Source: Haliotis rubra
Lineage: Eukaryota
Assembly (NCBI RefSeq): GCF_003918875.1
Contig: NW_025765903.1
Coordinates: 186,001-250,000, forward strand
Direction of reading: 5' to 3'
DNA: 64,000 nucleotides
In this document: in pieces, positions 46,501-59,724 of the stretch
Layout: every line of letters begins with the position of its first letter
How positions within the stretch are numbered: the first letter of the stretch is position 1
Translations under genes and position numbers: made by a program
The notes under the pieces: model-generated
Seen by the model: the letters and a program-made list of their open reading frames with translations, nothing else
What the model was told of the DNA's origin: nothing
Databases searched by the model: none

Positions 46501-49500
46501 GATAGACTTAGCATAGCAGTGTAGCAAATAATGCTGAGCCTGAGTTTACTTAGACTGTACAGTTGCTGTAAGTCTGTGTTAAGGTATGAGAGTTGTGGTC
46601 GCCTTAGTGATAAGATCACTTTAGTTCCACTTGGTATGCACAGTTGATTCTAGGCTGTGTCATGTGAAACTACTTGGGGCCCTCATCAGAGCACAGCCTT
46701 TTCCAGATCAGACAGTGTCAGACAGTATTCAATTGCATGCATCTAAGCTTGTTTTCTATCAAGAAGAGCTAAATACGTACACATCTACAAATCATGCATT
46801 ATACTGTTTAGGATAGGTTCACTTATCATTGTTTCAGAATCTAAGAATCAACATTGTTCTTCCCATTTTAACATAATATAAGTCATTATTAATGGCTGCT
46901 GTATGTACTGATGATTGAGTGTATGTGTCAGGACACTGTGGCACCCGGCAGGGGAGAGTCACACGGTTGTGGGGGTCATGGACACACACATTGTACAGTG
47001 GGATCTCGACAGTGCTGCTTCCACAGCCAAGGTAAGATATCTGCTTGAGTATTTAAAGGTGGTTTGAACAATATTCCAGCACTGTCTTACAGATTCACAA
47101 TTTTTACCTAAGGGGGAATTGAACCTGGACCAGAAATGTGACAAGCGAATGATTAAACCAAGTGGTGGTCAGACTCACTGACTTGATTGACACATGTCAT
47201 TGGATCTACTGGGTAGATCGATGCTCATGCTGTTGATCACTGGATTGTCTGGTCCAGATTTGATTATTTACATACCACCACCATATTGCTAGAATTTTGC
47301 TGAGTGTGATGTTAAACAAACAAAACTGATTATAGCTAGTGCAAGAGTGAACTGTTTCTTTATGCAGGCAGAAATATTCCAGCTGTACAACACCAACCAA
47401 TGGATGTTGGCCTGACAAACAAGTGGTTGATATGAAGAACATGATGACACACAATCTATCAAGTCACCAAGTGTGACAATCCAAATCCAGTGTAGTTACT
47501 TCTGCTACAGACCGCCTCCGGGTGTAGTGGTTAGAGCGTCCGCCAGAGTGGCGGAAGGTCGCATGTGTGATCCCCGACCGCGTCATACCAAAAGACGTTA
47601 AAATATGGTACTTGTTGGTCCCTGCCTGGCGCTCGGCATTAATGGGTACAACAAGGACTGGTCAGCTCGGAGTCAGTATAATGTGTCTGAGTGGGGTATT
47701 CATGCTTCACTGCGGCATGGTATCTCAGTGGGCTAGCACTATAAAACCAGCTTCAGTCTGGGCTAGTACAAGCAGCCGCACATACACATACACACGCTTA
47801 TACACGCCATCATATGAGTACACTCTTTAAATATTCTCCAAAAAGTTTACACATAATAAGAACATTAAACCCAATTTCACCTCACCTCGATTGTTTGAGT
47901 GCCATCTTGTGGTTTTTCTTTGGTTGGCCTGCATTTGTTGGCTGTAAGGATGTGCATAGGTTACATGGGACTGACCCAATATATACATGATGCTCACAGA
48001 TGATGGTTTCTTAGCAATAAGTTGTTTCCATGTTTAATGAAGTCTTTCTGTACTCTGTGTGCTTTGTTTTACTTCACAAATATGTTCCATGTGTAAAGGT
48101 GCATGCAGAAGAACTCACTGAGTTTGTGCACTTTTCTGTAGTTGATTGGATCCACCATTGTGGAGGGGCGTGGTCATCCAAAGCTGACATGTGGGCGATG
48201 GAACCCACATCACAACTGTTCTCAGATTGCCACAGCTAACGACACGTCCATACGAGGCTGGGACCTGCGCTCAATGAAGTAAGTTTCTATTGCGAGCAAG
48301 TGGGTGAATGTTCTTTTATGCCAGAATCAGCTTTAGTCTGAGTATTTCTTGGCAGACTGTCTCAGTCAGCCAAACCGGTGGTTGCTGCATGAGCATCGAT
48401 CCACACTTAGAGGTACGATGACAAACTATCAACCAGTATCATATTGTGACAACTCTTGCCTTACTTCAGTGTGCTATTAATTTTTTGGTCTCATACATAA
48501 TATTCGCCTGTTAAATATTGGTGTCTAAATTGACAATACTAAATGAGAAAAATATATTTTGTTCTTAAAAGAGCTTTTTTTAACAAACTTTCCCTAGAAA
48601 TGGGGACAATGTTTCATTTGCGTCTGAATATGTTAAAGGCACTATATCACAGCACACTTCTCAAAAAAATAAAATAATATTGTAATCTAAATACGTAATT
48701 ATTTTGGGAATAAATTATATGGTAGCTTTCCTGAAAGCTGATAGTTAGTATTATTGAGAGAAATGCATTAAATTAAAAAGCTTGAATGAATAAATGTAAC
48801 ATTGCATTAAATCGACTCTCGCGCCTTCTACCGGCTGGACATTATTTCAAGCGAACCCCATAGAGTTACATCCCTTGGAGCCCACTTTACGAAGATCCTA
48901 CGCACAACTTGTGATTGAAACCAGTTCGGCAAACACCGACAACACAGCGTGCGACAGTTTTCGATGTATGGAGCAATTGTTTACATTCCATATATGACAA
49001 GTGTCCTCTTGTTAGGAAGCTGTTCCCCTCGAAGTTTTAATTATCGATTTCAGGCAAGTCGTAAGGGATAATAAGTCTTGCATCAATAGGAAGCAAAAGT
49101 GATTGCATATGCCCCAATATATATAATATAGGCCAAAATATTGTTGAAAATGTGTGACATTGTGCCTTTAAAGATCACTTACACATCTATGAAACTGTCA
49201 GAAATTTGATGCTTATTCCTAACTGTTTAATCCCTCAGTGTAGTGTGAGTCGTCACCATTTGCTGTCAGCATCATATCCATGTTTTGGGGTTGCACTAAA
49301 GTTGTGATCAGTTAGACCTACATAAATTTCGTCATTCTTTTCATGTTATGATGACATGCCATGATAGAACTGAAATATCTTACTCTGTGCACCACCCACA
49401 GACAGGTGTACCACATGGAGAACGCCCATGCCCAGCTGGTGCGAGACCTGGACTTCAACCCCAACAAGCAGTACTACATGGCCACGTGTGGGGATGACTG

Positions 49501-51555
49501 TAAGGTGAAGTTCTGGGACACACGCAACGCAACAGAGCCACTCATGGTCTTCTCTGAACATTCTCATTGGTACGTATGTTGTGATAGTCAGGCTGCCTCT
49601 CTTTGTCTGGAAAACATTGACAAAAACACAACAGAGCCACTGACCATCCTCTTTGATCATTATCGGGTCAGTGGGGTAGCCTAGTGGGTAAAGCGTTGGC
49701 TCGTCACGCTGAAGACCGGGTTCGATTCCCCACTTGGGTACAATGTGTGAAGCCCATTTCTGGTGTCCCCCGCCATGATGTTGCTGGAATATTGCTAAAA
49801 GCGGCGTAAAACCAAACTCACTCACTCACTCACTTTGATCATTATCATGATATGGTTGTCTAACTTTGTCAGGATAGCAATCAAAGAACACCACAGAGCC
49901 ACTCACAGTAATCTTTGAAATTCCACATTGGTACATAGTTGCTAACTGTCTAGTTGTCTCCCTTTGTGAGTTGGTTATCTTGATTCTCTCCCTTGCACAA
50001 GGATTTGTAATAATGTGTCTGGCTCCACATTTCAAGCAAGTGGGTAATAAATCCTGTGGATAATAAAACTTTGTGACAAGCAGATGCTCGATCCACTCAA
50101 CCACAGCTGTGGCATATGTCTTTTTATAGATAATTATTGCCTCTAGTTGGCAAGTTTCTTACATTTGAATGCCAGCCGTATCTTAAGTGATTGTTATGTA
50201 AGATTGTTATCTGTAGTAGGGGAGTTTCATTTGGTTTCAAGCTTTAGTGGGTGGGGTTATATGGTTATTATGTGAAGTTGACAGCTGTTGTGGGTTTAAT
50301 TATGTTCTTTGTGCGATTGTCAGCAGTGGCTGGCATGGTTTTGTCGGTGAGATATAAGATTTGACAATCACAGTTGATGAAGTCATGTTATTAAAGATAT
50401 TGTAGACAATGTGACTGAGACTTCCATGGCTTCTCAGGCGGTGGGGTAGCCAAGTGGTTAAGGCATTCACTCGTCACGCTGAAGACATGTGTGAAGCCCA
50501 TTTTCTGGTGTCCCCTGCCATGATATTGCTGGAATATTCCTAAAAGCAGCGTAAAATTAAACTCACTCTCCTTTTCACCAGGGTGTGGACTGTCCGCTAC
50601 AACCACTTCCATGACCAGCTTGTCCTCACGTCCAGTAGTGACAGTCGGGTCGTCCTCAACAACATTGTGTCCTTGTCCTCTGAACCATTTGGCCGATTGG
50701 TTGAGAAAGATGATGAAGACAGTGAGGATGAGGATGAAGCAGAGGACAGGTGAGTTGGGGTAGCAGCTTTCTACAGGAGGATGGGTTTTCTACACATTAT
50801 TAGGGGAAAGGTTCTCTTCATGTGAGAAATGCAAGAACTTTCTACATAGGAAATTGGAAGAAATTTTCTTTGGGAGAGGACAGGATTTTTTCAGATATGA
50901 TAGGGAAGGCTTTCAGCTAGAGGATAATGAGAAGGCTTTCTTCAGAAGGGGAGGACCTTTTTACTGATGATAAGGGGTAGGGATTTCATAAGGTTAGAAG
51001 AGGAGGGGCTTTCTACAGGTGATAAGGGAAGAGATAACTCGAGGAGATAAAGGAAGCGTCTATCTATATGTGAAACGGTGAAGGGCTATCTACTGGTGAG
51101 AAAGGAAAGTGCATTCTCCGGTGATTAGGAGAAGTGATTTTGCCAGGGACGAATAGTATTCGTTTAATACACAGGTGATAAGGAAAGGGGTTTTTTATGG
51201 GTAAAAAGAGGAAGAGCCTTTTAAAACATAAAGATAAAGGCAGATAAAGGATTTCCTACCCGATATGAGGTGAGAAATGTCTAAAACTGTTAGAATGTGA
51301 TTCGGGATGGGCTTTCCAAGAGAGACAGCATTTGTTCATGTCACAGGTTCACTCATATGTTGTATTTGTGCAGACCAAGAGAACCCCCAAAGGATGGCGT
51401 TATATCTACATATGAGGAGCATGAAGATAGTGTTTATGCTGTTGACTGGTCAACTGCAGACCCCTGGGTATTTGCATCTCTCAGCTATGATGGGCGTTTC
51501 GCGTCTTGTCATTAACCGAGTGCCTCGCACAGAGAAGTACAAGATCCTGCTGTAG
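40589..51555 (+). CDS. EIPR1: EARP and GARP complex-interacting protein 1 (TSSC1), WD40 protein, about 385 aa, 9 coding exons
   Basis: Exons 40589-40630 ([14 protein letters not shown]), 43020-43103 ([23 protein letters not shown]), 45822-45954, 46283-46433, 46932-47031, 48142-48278 (GRWNPHHN), 49402-49569 ([27 protein letters not shown]), 50582-50749 ([20 protein letters not shown]), 51374-51555 ([35 protein letters not shown]; 7 extra nt at 51498-51504). All GT-AG and phase-consistent. Confidence 0.95.
41762..42116 (-). mobile_element. Full-length SINE family C
   Basis: TSD CTGCTTCTAAGA at 41750-41761 and 42117-42128; intact tRNA-like head. Confidence 0.9.
47510..47888 (+). mobile_element. 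SINE family C
   Basis: Head GACCGCCTCCG..GTAGTGGTTAGAGCG, conserved body and CACCT tail. Confidence 0.85.
48637..49167. mobile_element. TTAA-flanked non-autonomous DNA element (Kolobok-like)
   Basis: TTAA|AGGCACTATATCACA ... TGTGACATTGTGCCT|TTAA. Confidence 0.65.
49665..49832 (+). mobile_element. Full-length SINE family B
   Basis: 14-bp TSD CTTTGATCATTATC at 49651-49664 and 49833-49846. Confidence 0.9.
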
Positions 51556-53167
51556 ACTGATGGAGAAACAGCACACAGGACAACCAAGTGTATATGTATC
51601 ATAGATATATAAACACATTCCGTGGTGATTTGTTTCCTTAAGAGAAACAATGGGAAGTACCTGTCATACACATTTCTGTAAGACAGGACAGAGGACAATG
51701 TTGCCAGGTTAATCATTTGTAATCAGTGGAAACAATTAAGTTGTTCACTGGTCACGAGGGGGACATGGGTTGATGTACCCTCTATTTTTGTTTATGTTCC
51801 CTACATCAACCCATGGGCCCCAAGGGACCAGTGAACAACGCATTTATCTTACCGAACACCTCAATGTTAATTTTGAACTGTTGAAGCACGGGTATTGGAT
51901 CATAATAAGAAGTATCAGAGTTTGGCAATTAGGCAATACTAGATTGTCAGATGACAAAGAATCTAGCAGACAAGAAAAACTAATTTAGAGTTATCTCCCT
52001 TCCGTTAATTTGTATTCACAAAACATCCGTAATTTCCGTACAGCATTCTTGACTCAATTATTCAAGATGAAGAATTACTAACACAAAGTACCAAATGAAT
52101 TCCCCCAGTTTGCAGGGGTGGATCCAGGTTTGGGAGGTGGTGGTTTGGTTTGCACATAAATCATGAAGTCCAAAGGTTAGGGGGAAATGATCCTCAGCGA
52201 AAAATGTGGGGGTAGTGCGTGCGTGTGTGTTTGCGTAAGCAGGCTACATTGAAAATAACAGAAGAGCAATCAGCAAATGACATTTATGTGTGAGGTAAGA
52301 TCAAAGAGAATATCTTTTTCAACCTTTCCTGGACAAGTTGTTTCACTGCATTGTTGTTCTGTGTACATTGTATATGTTGTATTGTATAGACAGGGGTTGT
52401 ACCCTTGATAAAATGCTTTTTATTCTGAATAAACTCAGAAATGTATAGCCTGTAAATATATAGTCCCAGATTAAAGGGGTACAATGTGCACTGTTCAGTT
52501 ACTCTCATCAGGGTGGGTGAAACTATGCAAAAGGTTTCAGATCTGCTTGTCATCCTATCCCTGTTGCATACATTGATGGTCATGATAAAATCACTGGATT
52601 GTCTGGTCCAGACTCAATTATTTTCAGACTGTAATGTTGCAGTTTGTGTCGTTGCATCATATATATATATAAATATATATATAAAGAAAAACACATGAGA
52701 ATACCGAGCAATCATGCATAAATGAAAATGTAGTACATATATAAGAAGAAGTTTCTGAAATAATTTCCGACTGACATGTTAAAATACCGGTTTTCGATCA
52801 GGATCTTCTCAACATGTTTCACTTTTTATCTTTAGTACAGTGTACAACAAAAAAAAAAGGGAGTTTAAATGTTGGATGTCAGATTAAAAAGATGCAATTC
52901 TGTAAGGTTTGGATATACCATGTTACTGAATATACCAAGAGACATTAATATTGTATGGTCTCTGAGGAACCTAATATTTACTTTGTATCAGATGACATGA
53001 CGATCAGGAACAAATGGCAACTTGAAACCTGGGCCAATAATTCTGTTTTGCTGGAAATTTTCATGTTGAGCATGAACAAGAAACTATGAATATCAAAAAT
53101 GATGTATTACAAGAGTTAACAGGTTCAGTCACATATATTCTCAAATATGTTGATGTGTACCATGGGT

Positions 53168-53409
53168 ACCCGTGAAGATAGAATTGGGTAGAAAAGGTCC
53201 TCAGCATCCATGCTTGTGGTAAGAGGCGACTGACGGAGAAGGTAAGGCTCGCTGACTTGATTGACACATGTCATTGTATCCCAGTTGCGTAGATTGATGT
53301 TCATGCTGTTGATCACTGGATGGTCAGGTCCAAACTCGATTATTTACAGACTGTCGCCATATAGATAGAATATGGCTGAGTGTGGCGTTAAACAACAAAC
53401 CAAACCAAC
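53168..53409 (+). mobile_element. Full-length, diverged family A element
   Basis: Starts ACCCGTGAAGAT, ends GGCGTTAAACAACAAACCAAACCAAC. Confidence 0.8.
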
Positions 53410-56199
53410 CTCTTTCGTGAAACCTACGGGCACAGATATGGGGAACAAATCGAGAAACAGAATCGGGGAGAAGAAGGGCTTGAACGCACGATCATAGAAG
53501 CATATCTACGCAGAGAATTGCCGACGACTTGGTTACTTGCACCCCATTTCATTTTCTATGACAACACTGGCGTCACTTTCAACGTTTATAGCACCTCACA
53601 GTTATGTCGTTTGGTGTCAGCCTGTTGAAACCAATCACGAAATATTGAATGTTTTAGATTTTTAGCACTTTGTTGAAACCTTCCTGAGCAGGTACGGTGT
53701 GAAAACAAATAACCGGCCCGAATCTAGCATTTGAACCTACGGCAATAGTTTCTGGCAATCCATTGGACAGAACTCCACACAGAGCTTCAGGCGGTGGCTG
53801 CGCCTCTGACACCTCGCCATGAGAGAATGAACGGAAATATATTTTCGACTTTATGTCTAAACAATCAACAAAGAATATCCCAACATGGAAAGAGGGTGGA
53901 GAGTTACGGTTACACTGACAAGCATGGCGAGGTGAGCAGTGAAGAGGTTCATGAGGAACATCTACATTGTACAGATTATTACAGAGTATTAATGTCATGT
54001 GTTTAGCGAGTTGTTTTCGAGCTAAATTCATTGTGTTTATTCCTAATAGGTTCAGGATATTTATCATCCCCAAGAAATACAAATGAAATATCCTATTTCT
54101 CTTATGGTGTCTTTCTTAAATATTGTCTTCGAAAAACTTGTTTTCGAGTCTCACGCGAACGGCACCTATAAATTGCTAGTATTCCTGAATGTGCGCATAA
54201 GTATACAATACGTCAGTTGGACAGTCAGAAAGAGTCAATACATGTTGTTGACAATATATTAACAAATAGCAATCCATTGGCGGATCCAAGGGTGGGGAGT
54301 GGGGTTCGAACCATACACAATACACACGCACACACCTTTGAAAATGACTAAAGACCACATAGAAGTTAATGTTTTGCATTGGAGGAGCCAAAAGGGTTTC
54401 AACCCAACACCACCCCTACCCACCCACCACCCTTTGACAATTCCTGGATCCACCTTTGCAATCGCCTGCACATACATAGTGTTTCCACTCGCTTTTAGCG
54501 GTAATCCATTGGTCCGCGCGCGAGAGTAACTTCCCTTGATCAAAGGACCGCTACTCTAACCCGAGACAATGTAATGAGACGTCACGTTTGTTCCGAGTCT
54601 GCTTGTCCTCTCATTGCCTTGTGAAGTAGGTTGTAAGAGTGAGGGAGTTAAGTTTTACGCTGCTTTTAGCATTATTCCAGCAATATCACGGCAGGGCACA
54701 CCAGAAACTTGCTTCACACATTGTACCATGTGGGAAATCGAATCCGGGTCTTCGGCGTGACCAGCGAACGCTTTAACCACTAGGCTACCCCACGTCCCTC
54801 AGAGGGTAAGATGTATACCAAAAACTATAACTCTGATGTATTGATCATCATTCAAGACGATTGTTGGCCATATAGTGAGTGAGTGAGTATGGTTTTATGC
54901 CTCCATTAGCAATATCACGGCGGGCTTCACACACTGTACCCATGTGGGAAATCGAACTCGGATCTCCGGCGTGACGAGCCGCTTTAACCACTAGGCTACC
55001 CCACCGCCTCTGTTCATACTATGACTCGCTCACGTAGCCTTACATAGCCAGACTGATATAACGTCTATATCCTTTGGCTTTAACCTTCCGAGAAACCTAC
55101 CCATTATATCATGAATATATTGCATCATATCGCAGTTCAACTTGGACACCCCTCGCAGACGCAGAATACGCATAAACCGACTAGTGCTTGGTTGTCCCCG
55201 AAATGCCGAGAAACAGGCTAGGTAATAACAAGTACCACCTTTGAAAGTATCAAGGCATAGGCGTACCACCCACCTTTCCGGTCGGCAAACATGGTTCCTT
55301 TAGGATATGTTTCAAGTGAAAGTGTGTGAATAAGTCACAGGTAGCAACATTCAAGCCATATCCAGAAAGCCTTTCATCAAACCAATGACTGGACAGCAAG
55401 AGCAACTGTCTACGCCGACAGCATGTGTCACCATTGTAGCCAGGTTTCCCCATATTCGTCTTGATTGGCACGGGGTATCCTGTCTTCAGTCCCAAAATTG
55501 CTCAAATCCAGTGTGTGGTAAGCTGTGTTCCCCTTTGCAATAATGGAAGCATATACAATTGCCTCTAGTTCTACTGCTAAAAGAGAAAAGAGTTTTAACT
55601 CACTGAAATTCGAGATCTATTTCTTCATTTCAAAATTAGTTTGTTTCAAAACGTATGTATTAAAGTGACCTTCTTCGAGGGTGTATTTTTTTCGAACACA
55701 AAAGGCTACTGCATTAGTGTCAATTCAAGGATACGACACTTTCATAATCGGTCAGATCGGGTGGTTCTTCGGAACAAAAGCAAACACCTGCTGCTAATGG
55801 AATCAGAGACTGTCAAAGTCGTCTCTAATTAGACGCCGAGGTGGAACTGGACCTAGAACAGCTTGAAGACAAAGCAGTTGCCGAATCTCTGATACAGGCC
55901 ACATGACGACTAACAGTACATTGTCGGGTAGTCACACTAGCGTCAGTTACGCTCAGCTACAATATATACTCGACCGGACATTATCTGTTACAAGTATCGA
56001 CAATTTTCTCTCAACCGAAAACTGTTGAAACCAGAATATTTATTATCATACCAGATTTCGAAACCTCATGAGAGAGATATAAACTAACACAATGTCTCGA
56101 TCAATAAACAAAGACGCTGTTTACAATAAACAATACAACAGGTGCTTGTTGGAAGCACGTAGTTGCTAAATGTGTGACAATGATTGTTCTGAAGATATT

Positions 56200-56950
56200 T
56201 AGTGCAATAATGTTGCAAATTGTTTCAGAGCGATTTCTCCTCATTAGGTCGAGTAACAGTTACTGAGAAGTGTCCGCCAACCTCCCCCTCCATGAAGTCG
56301 GTACCCATTCAAGACAAAGCACGCCACATATGTCCCCGTTATCGATCCGGCACGCGACAGCTGGCGACTGACACGCGCAAACAATCAGCCGCCATTCATT
56401 CGAACTTCCAGCCACGCAACTTACTCTGTGAGCATGCGCACTTTGGTTGATATTATGGGATGAGAGCAGGCCGCAGCTTTGTTGAAACTTTACAGCGCGG
56501 GCTGAAATGCCCGACTTCGAACAGCAGATATACGCATGGATATGTAGTGGATATGGATCTTTACACAACAAGCGTTTCATGAGGTATGGCAATATGTTGA
56601 CACAACTATATCTCATACATTCGGGTGTATTGCCGCGAGTTGAACATGGTGTCTTATTCAGGCGGGGATTACTGTAAAAGTTGAGCATCATGTTGCCCGT
56701 GTTGGCAGATCAACGAGACGAGTTGATAAGTACCACGAATCAATGTGCGCCAAGAAATATAATTATCAACGGTTTCCTTAAAATGGAGAGTAACGCACTT
56801 AAAACAATAATACCGGTGAGTGCTGATAAGTAGTATGAATTTGCTGCGAGGACTATGACGCTTGTCGCGTTCAATCAGCAATGTTTACAGCAGACGGCTC
56901 TTGCTACAACGCTGATTGTCACGTGATCACAACATTGGCTCAACTAAGTA
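56200..56950. promoter_or_regulatory. CpG-enriched putative promoter region
   Basis: High CpG density relative to the flanks; YY1-like CCGCCATT near 56389, GCATGCGCA near 56432, AGCAGACG near 56889 and CACGTG near 56920. Confidence 0.4.
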
Positions 56951-59455
56951 CATTGTCTTTTTACACAATTTAGACCAGAATGGTCTCCAGTCGACCATTA
57001 AAAATATACTGTTGTCATCTACATGTATGCACTTTTCTGTGTTCCATCGGTTGTTGGGTGTTTTTCAATGTCAGGTAATATTGGACATGGCAGTAATTAA
57101 CATAGGCCTGCAGTCTGACCTCTGTCATTAAGATATATTGAATTCTGAGAAGGGAGTTGTTGGTAGCATTATGATTGTGACTATAATGTTGGACCAAAGA
57201 CCGAGTTCTGTTTCCTACAGTAGTTCATTGTGCATTGGTACAGTCAATTTCCAGAGTCCTTCATAACAGCATTACTGACTTGTTGCTAAAAGCAGTATAG
57301 AACTGCTCACTCACTGACAATGAAACAGAAATTCGCTGGACAAGTTCACAGTGATATGGGAAACATCATCAGAAATTACTGCTACACTAAAACGTTTTCA
57401 CTGGATTAAACTGGCGAAAACAACCCAACTTGTTCAAGAGGTTTAAAGTTTCAATTGTAACCAGTGTTATCAAGCAGACTCTACAATGTGTGAAGCCCAT
57501 TTCTGGTGTCCCCCGCTGTGATATTCCTGGAATATTACTAGAAGCGACGTAATACCATGCTCACTCACTATCAAAGTGGCGATGGGGTAGCCTTGTGGTT
57601 AAAGCGTTTGCTCGTCACACGCTGAAGACCCAGGTTCGATTTCCCACATGGGTACAATGTGTGAAGCCCATTTCTGGTGTCCCCCCCACCCTGATATTGC
57701 TAGAACATTGCTAAAAGCAGCATAAAACCATACTCACACACTATCAAGCAGACTCCATGGACACATGGTGTAAATGGGATGGTTTTGGGGTTGGTCAGAA
57801 GACCAGGGCATCACATGGACATGGTGCTTGGACATCAGGGGCATATTATCATAACATATTGCCATGTCGTAGGTCAGGTTCATCCTTCATGTCAAAGTCT
57901 GAAATAAGTTTGTTTTTCTTTCAAAGGGATTTACTATAACAAGGGTGAACAGAACTTGATGTATGTATTCCCTTGGTGAGGGCCGAAATTATGAAAGCAT
58001 TGATTTACCTTTGTGAAAGGTCATGGTCACACCAAGCATGCAGATTGTCATTTATTAAGTGTGATACGAACTGTCTTTTTCTTATTTGTGTAGTTGTCTT
58101 ATTATTTGGATTTATGTGTTGGAGTTAGAATAACAGGTCTCAGACCTGATTTAATGAATACCGAATGCCACTGAGTGGCAATTGTTTTGTTGGTCAATTT
58201 CCAACTTGCGAAAACTTTTTTTGTTCTTGAAATCTATCGCAACCTACATCAGAGCTTAAATTCTCTTTTCACATTTATCTGAAAAAATTCAGAGATGTTT
58301 ATATGGCCCCAAATAAATCTGCCGCAGATGACATTTGAAATTTTGAGTGTAATATATACATTTCCTAATTTCAGACAATATGTTGCTATTTTACACATTT
58401 TGCTAATCAAAGACACTTATGCTGAATCATTCTTTGAAAGGTAACAGCGTGGTGAGATATTATTGGCTGAAGAACCCACTCAGTGTTCATGAAGGGTTCA
58501 CCTAATGCCAGCTCCAGTGGAGGGGCTCATTTCTGGTTTCCCTTGCCGTGATATTGCTGGAATATTGCTAAAAGCGGTACAAAAACATACTCACTCACTC
58601 ACCACTCACTCCAATGGAGGGGTTCTTCGATCTTCACCGAGAGTGCTACCATACACTGCTTAACAGAGTACAATGCACAGAGCTAATCCGGTACTGTATT
58701 TGTTTATCATATTTGTAAGAGCTTATGCCCTTGATTTTTCAGAAATAAATCGAGAATGTTATAGGTTGTTGTGGGCAGGGTACTTCCTCTTTTAAATTAG
58801 GACAGGGGTGGTCCAGTTGTTTAAGGTGCCTCAATTCACTTCACTGGTTCAAACCCAGTTTCCAACCAGAGTTGTGGAAAGTGTTCAACTTTCCATAATT
58901 AACCATATAAATAACAAACAAGATTCAATCCCCATGAAGTCTGATTAAAACACATAGCCTTTTCAACAACATCGGTGGGGTAGCCTAGTGCTTAAGGTGT
59001 TCGCTTGTCATGCCAAAGACCCAGGTTTGATTCTGTACATGGGTACAGTGTGTGAAGGACATTATTTCTGGTGACCCCCGTATTCCAGATATTGTTAGAA
59101 TATTGCTAAAAGCAGCGTAAAACTAAAGTCACACACACTCACACCTTTTCAATAGCGGCACCAACAAACCAAGTGCTTGTACACTCAGTCTGCTGCAGTC
59201 TGCCATGTGTTTGGTTCCATTGAAAATGTCGCAGGTTTTGTTCATATCAATGAAGCCTCTTCAGGGATTGTGTCTTGTAGTTTACAGTGTACATACTCCA
59301 TATTTATTGCTCTCTGCTGGTCATATTTTCAAGGTGAAGGACAAGTTCAGTACATTGTCCCAAACCAGAAATGATGTAATTCTTGTGGAATGCTTGTAGC
59401 ATATTTTGGTTCAAGTTCTTCAAAGGCATTTAGAAGTTGGACAAACATGAATACA

Positions 59456-59724
59456 CAGGGCCCAATTTAAGAGATGTTAACCCACTTGCACCAGGTGTAA
59501 CCTAAGATAAAAGACTAGTTGCACCAGTCAAATTCCAGTTGCATTGTTTTTATTGCAATATGTAATATCAGAAATATGCTATTGAATTATTTAGATGTTT
59601 TATTCAGAAGTTTACCCACTCAAAAATTGACTTGCACCTGGTGCAAGTTAGACTATTAACTAGGTTGCACTTTGTAATATTGGGTTGCACCAGTGCAAGT
59701 AACAAAGCACTAAATCGAGCCCTG
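59456..59724. mobile_element. MITE with short terminal inverted repeats
   Basis: CAGGGCCCAATTTAAG ... CTAAATCGAGCCCTG; internal TTGCACC repeats. Confidence 0.55.

Noticed and set aside
17145-47830. Recurring [31 protein letters not shown] seen in several places
   Set aside because: Chance open frame in young copies of SINE family C, not a gene family.
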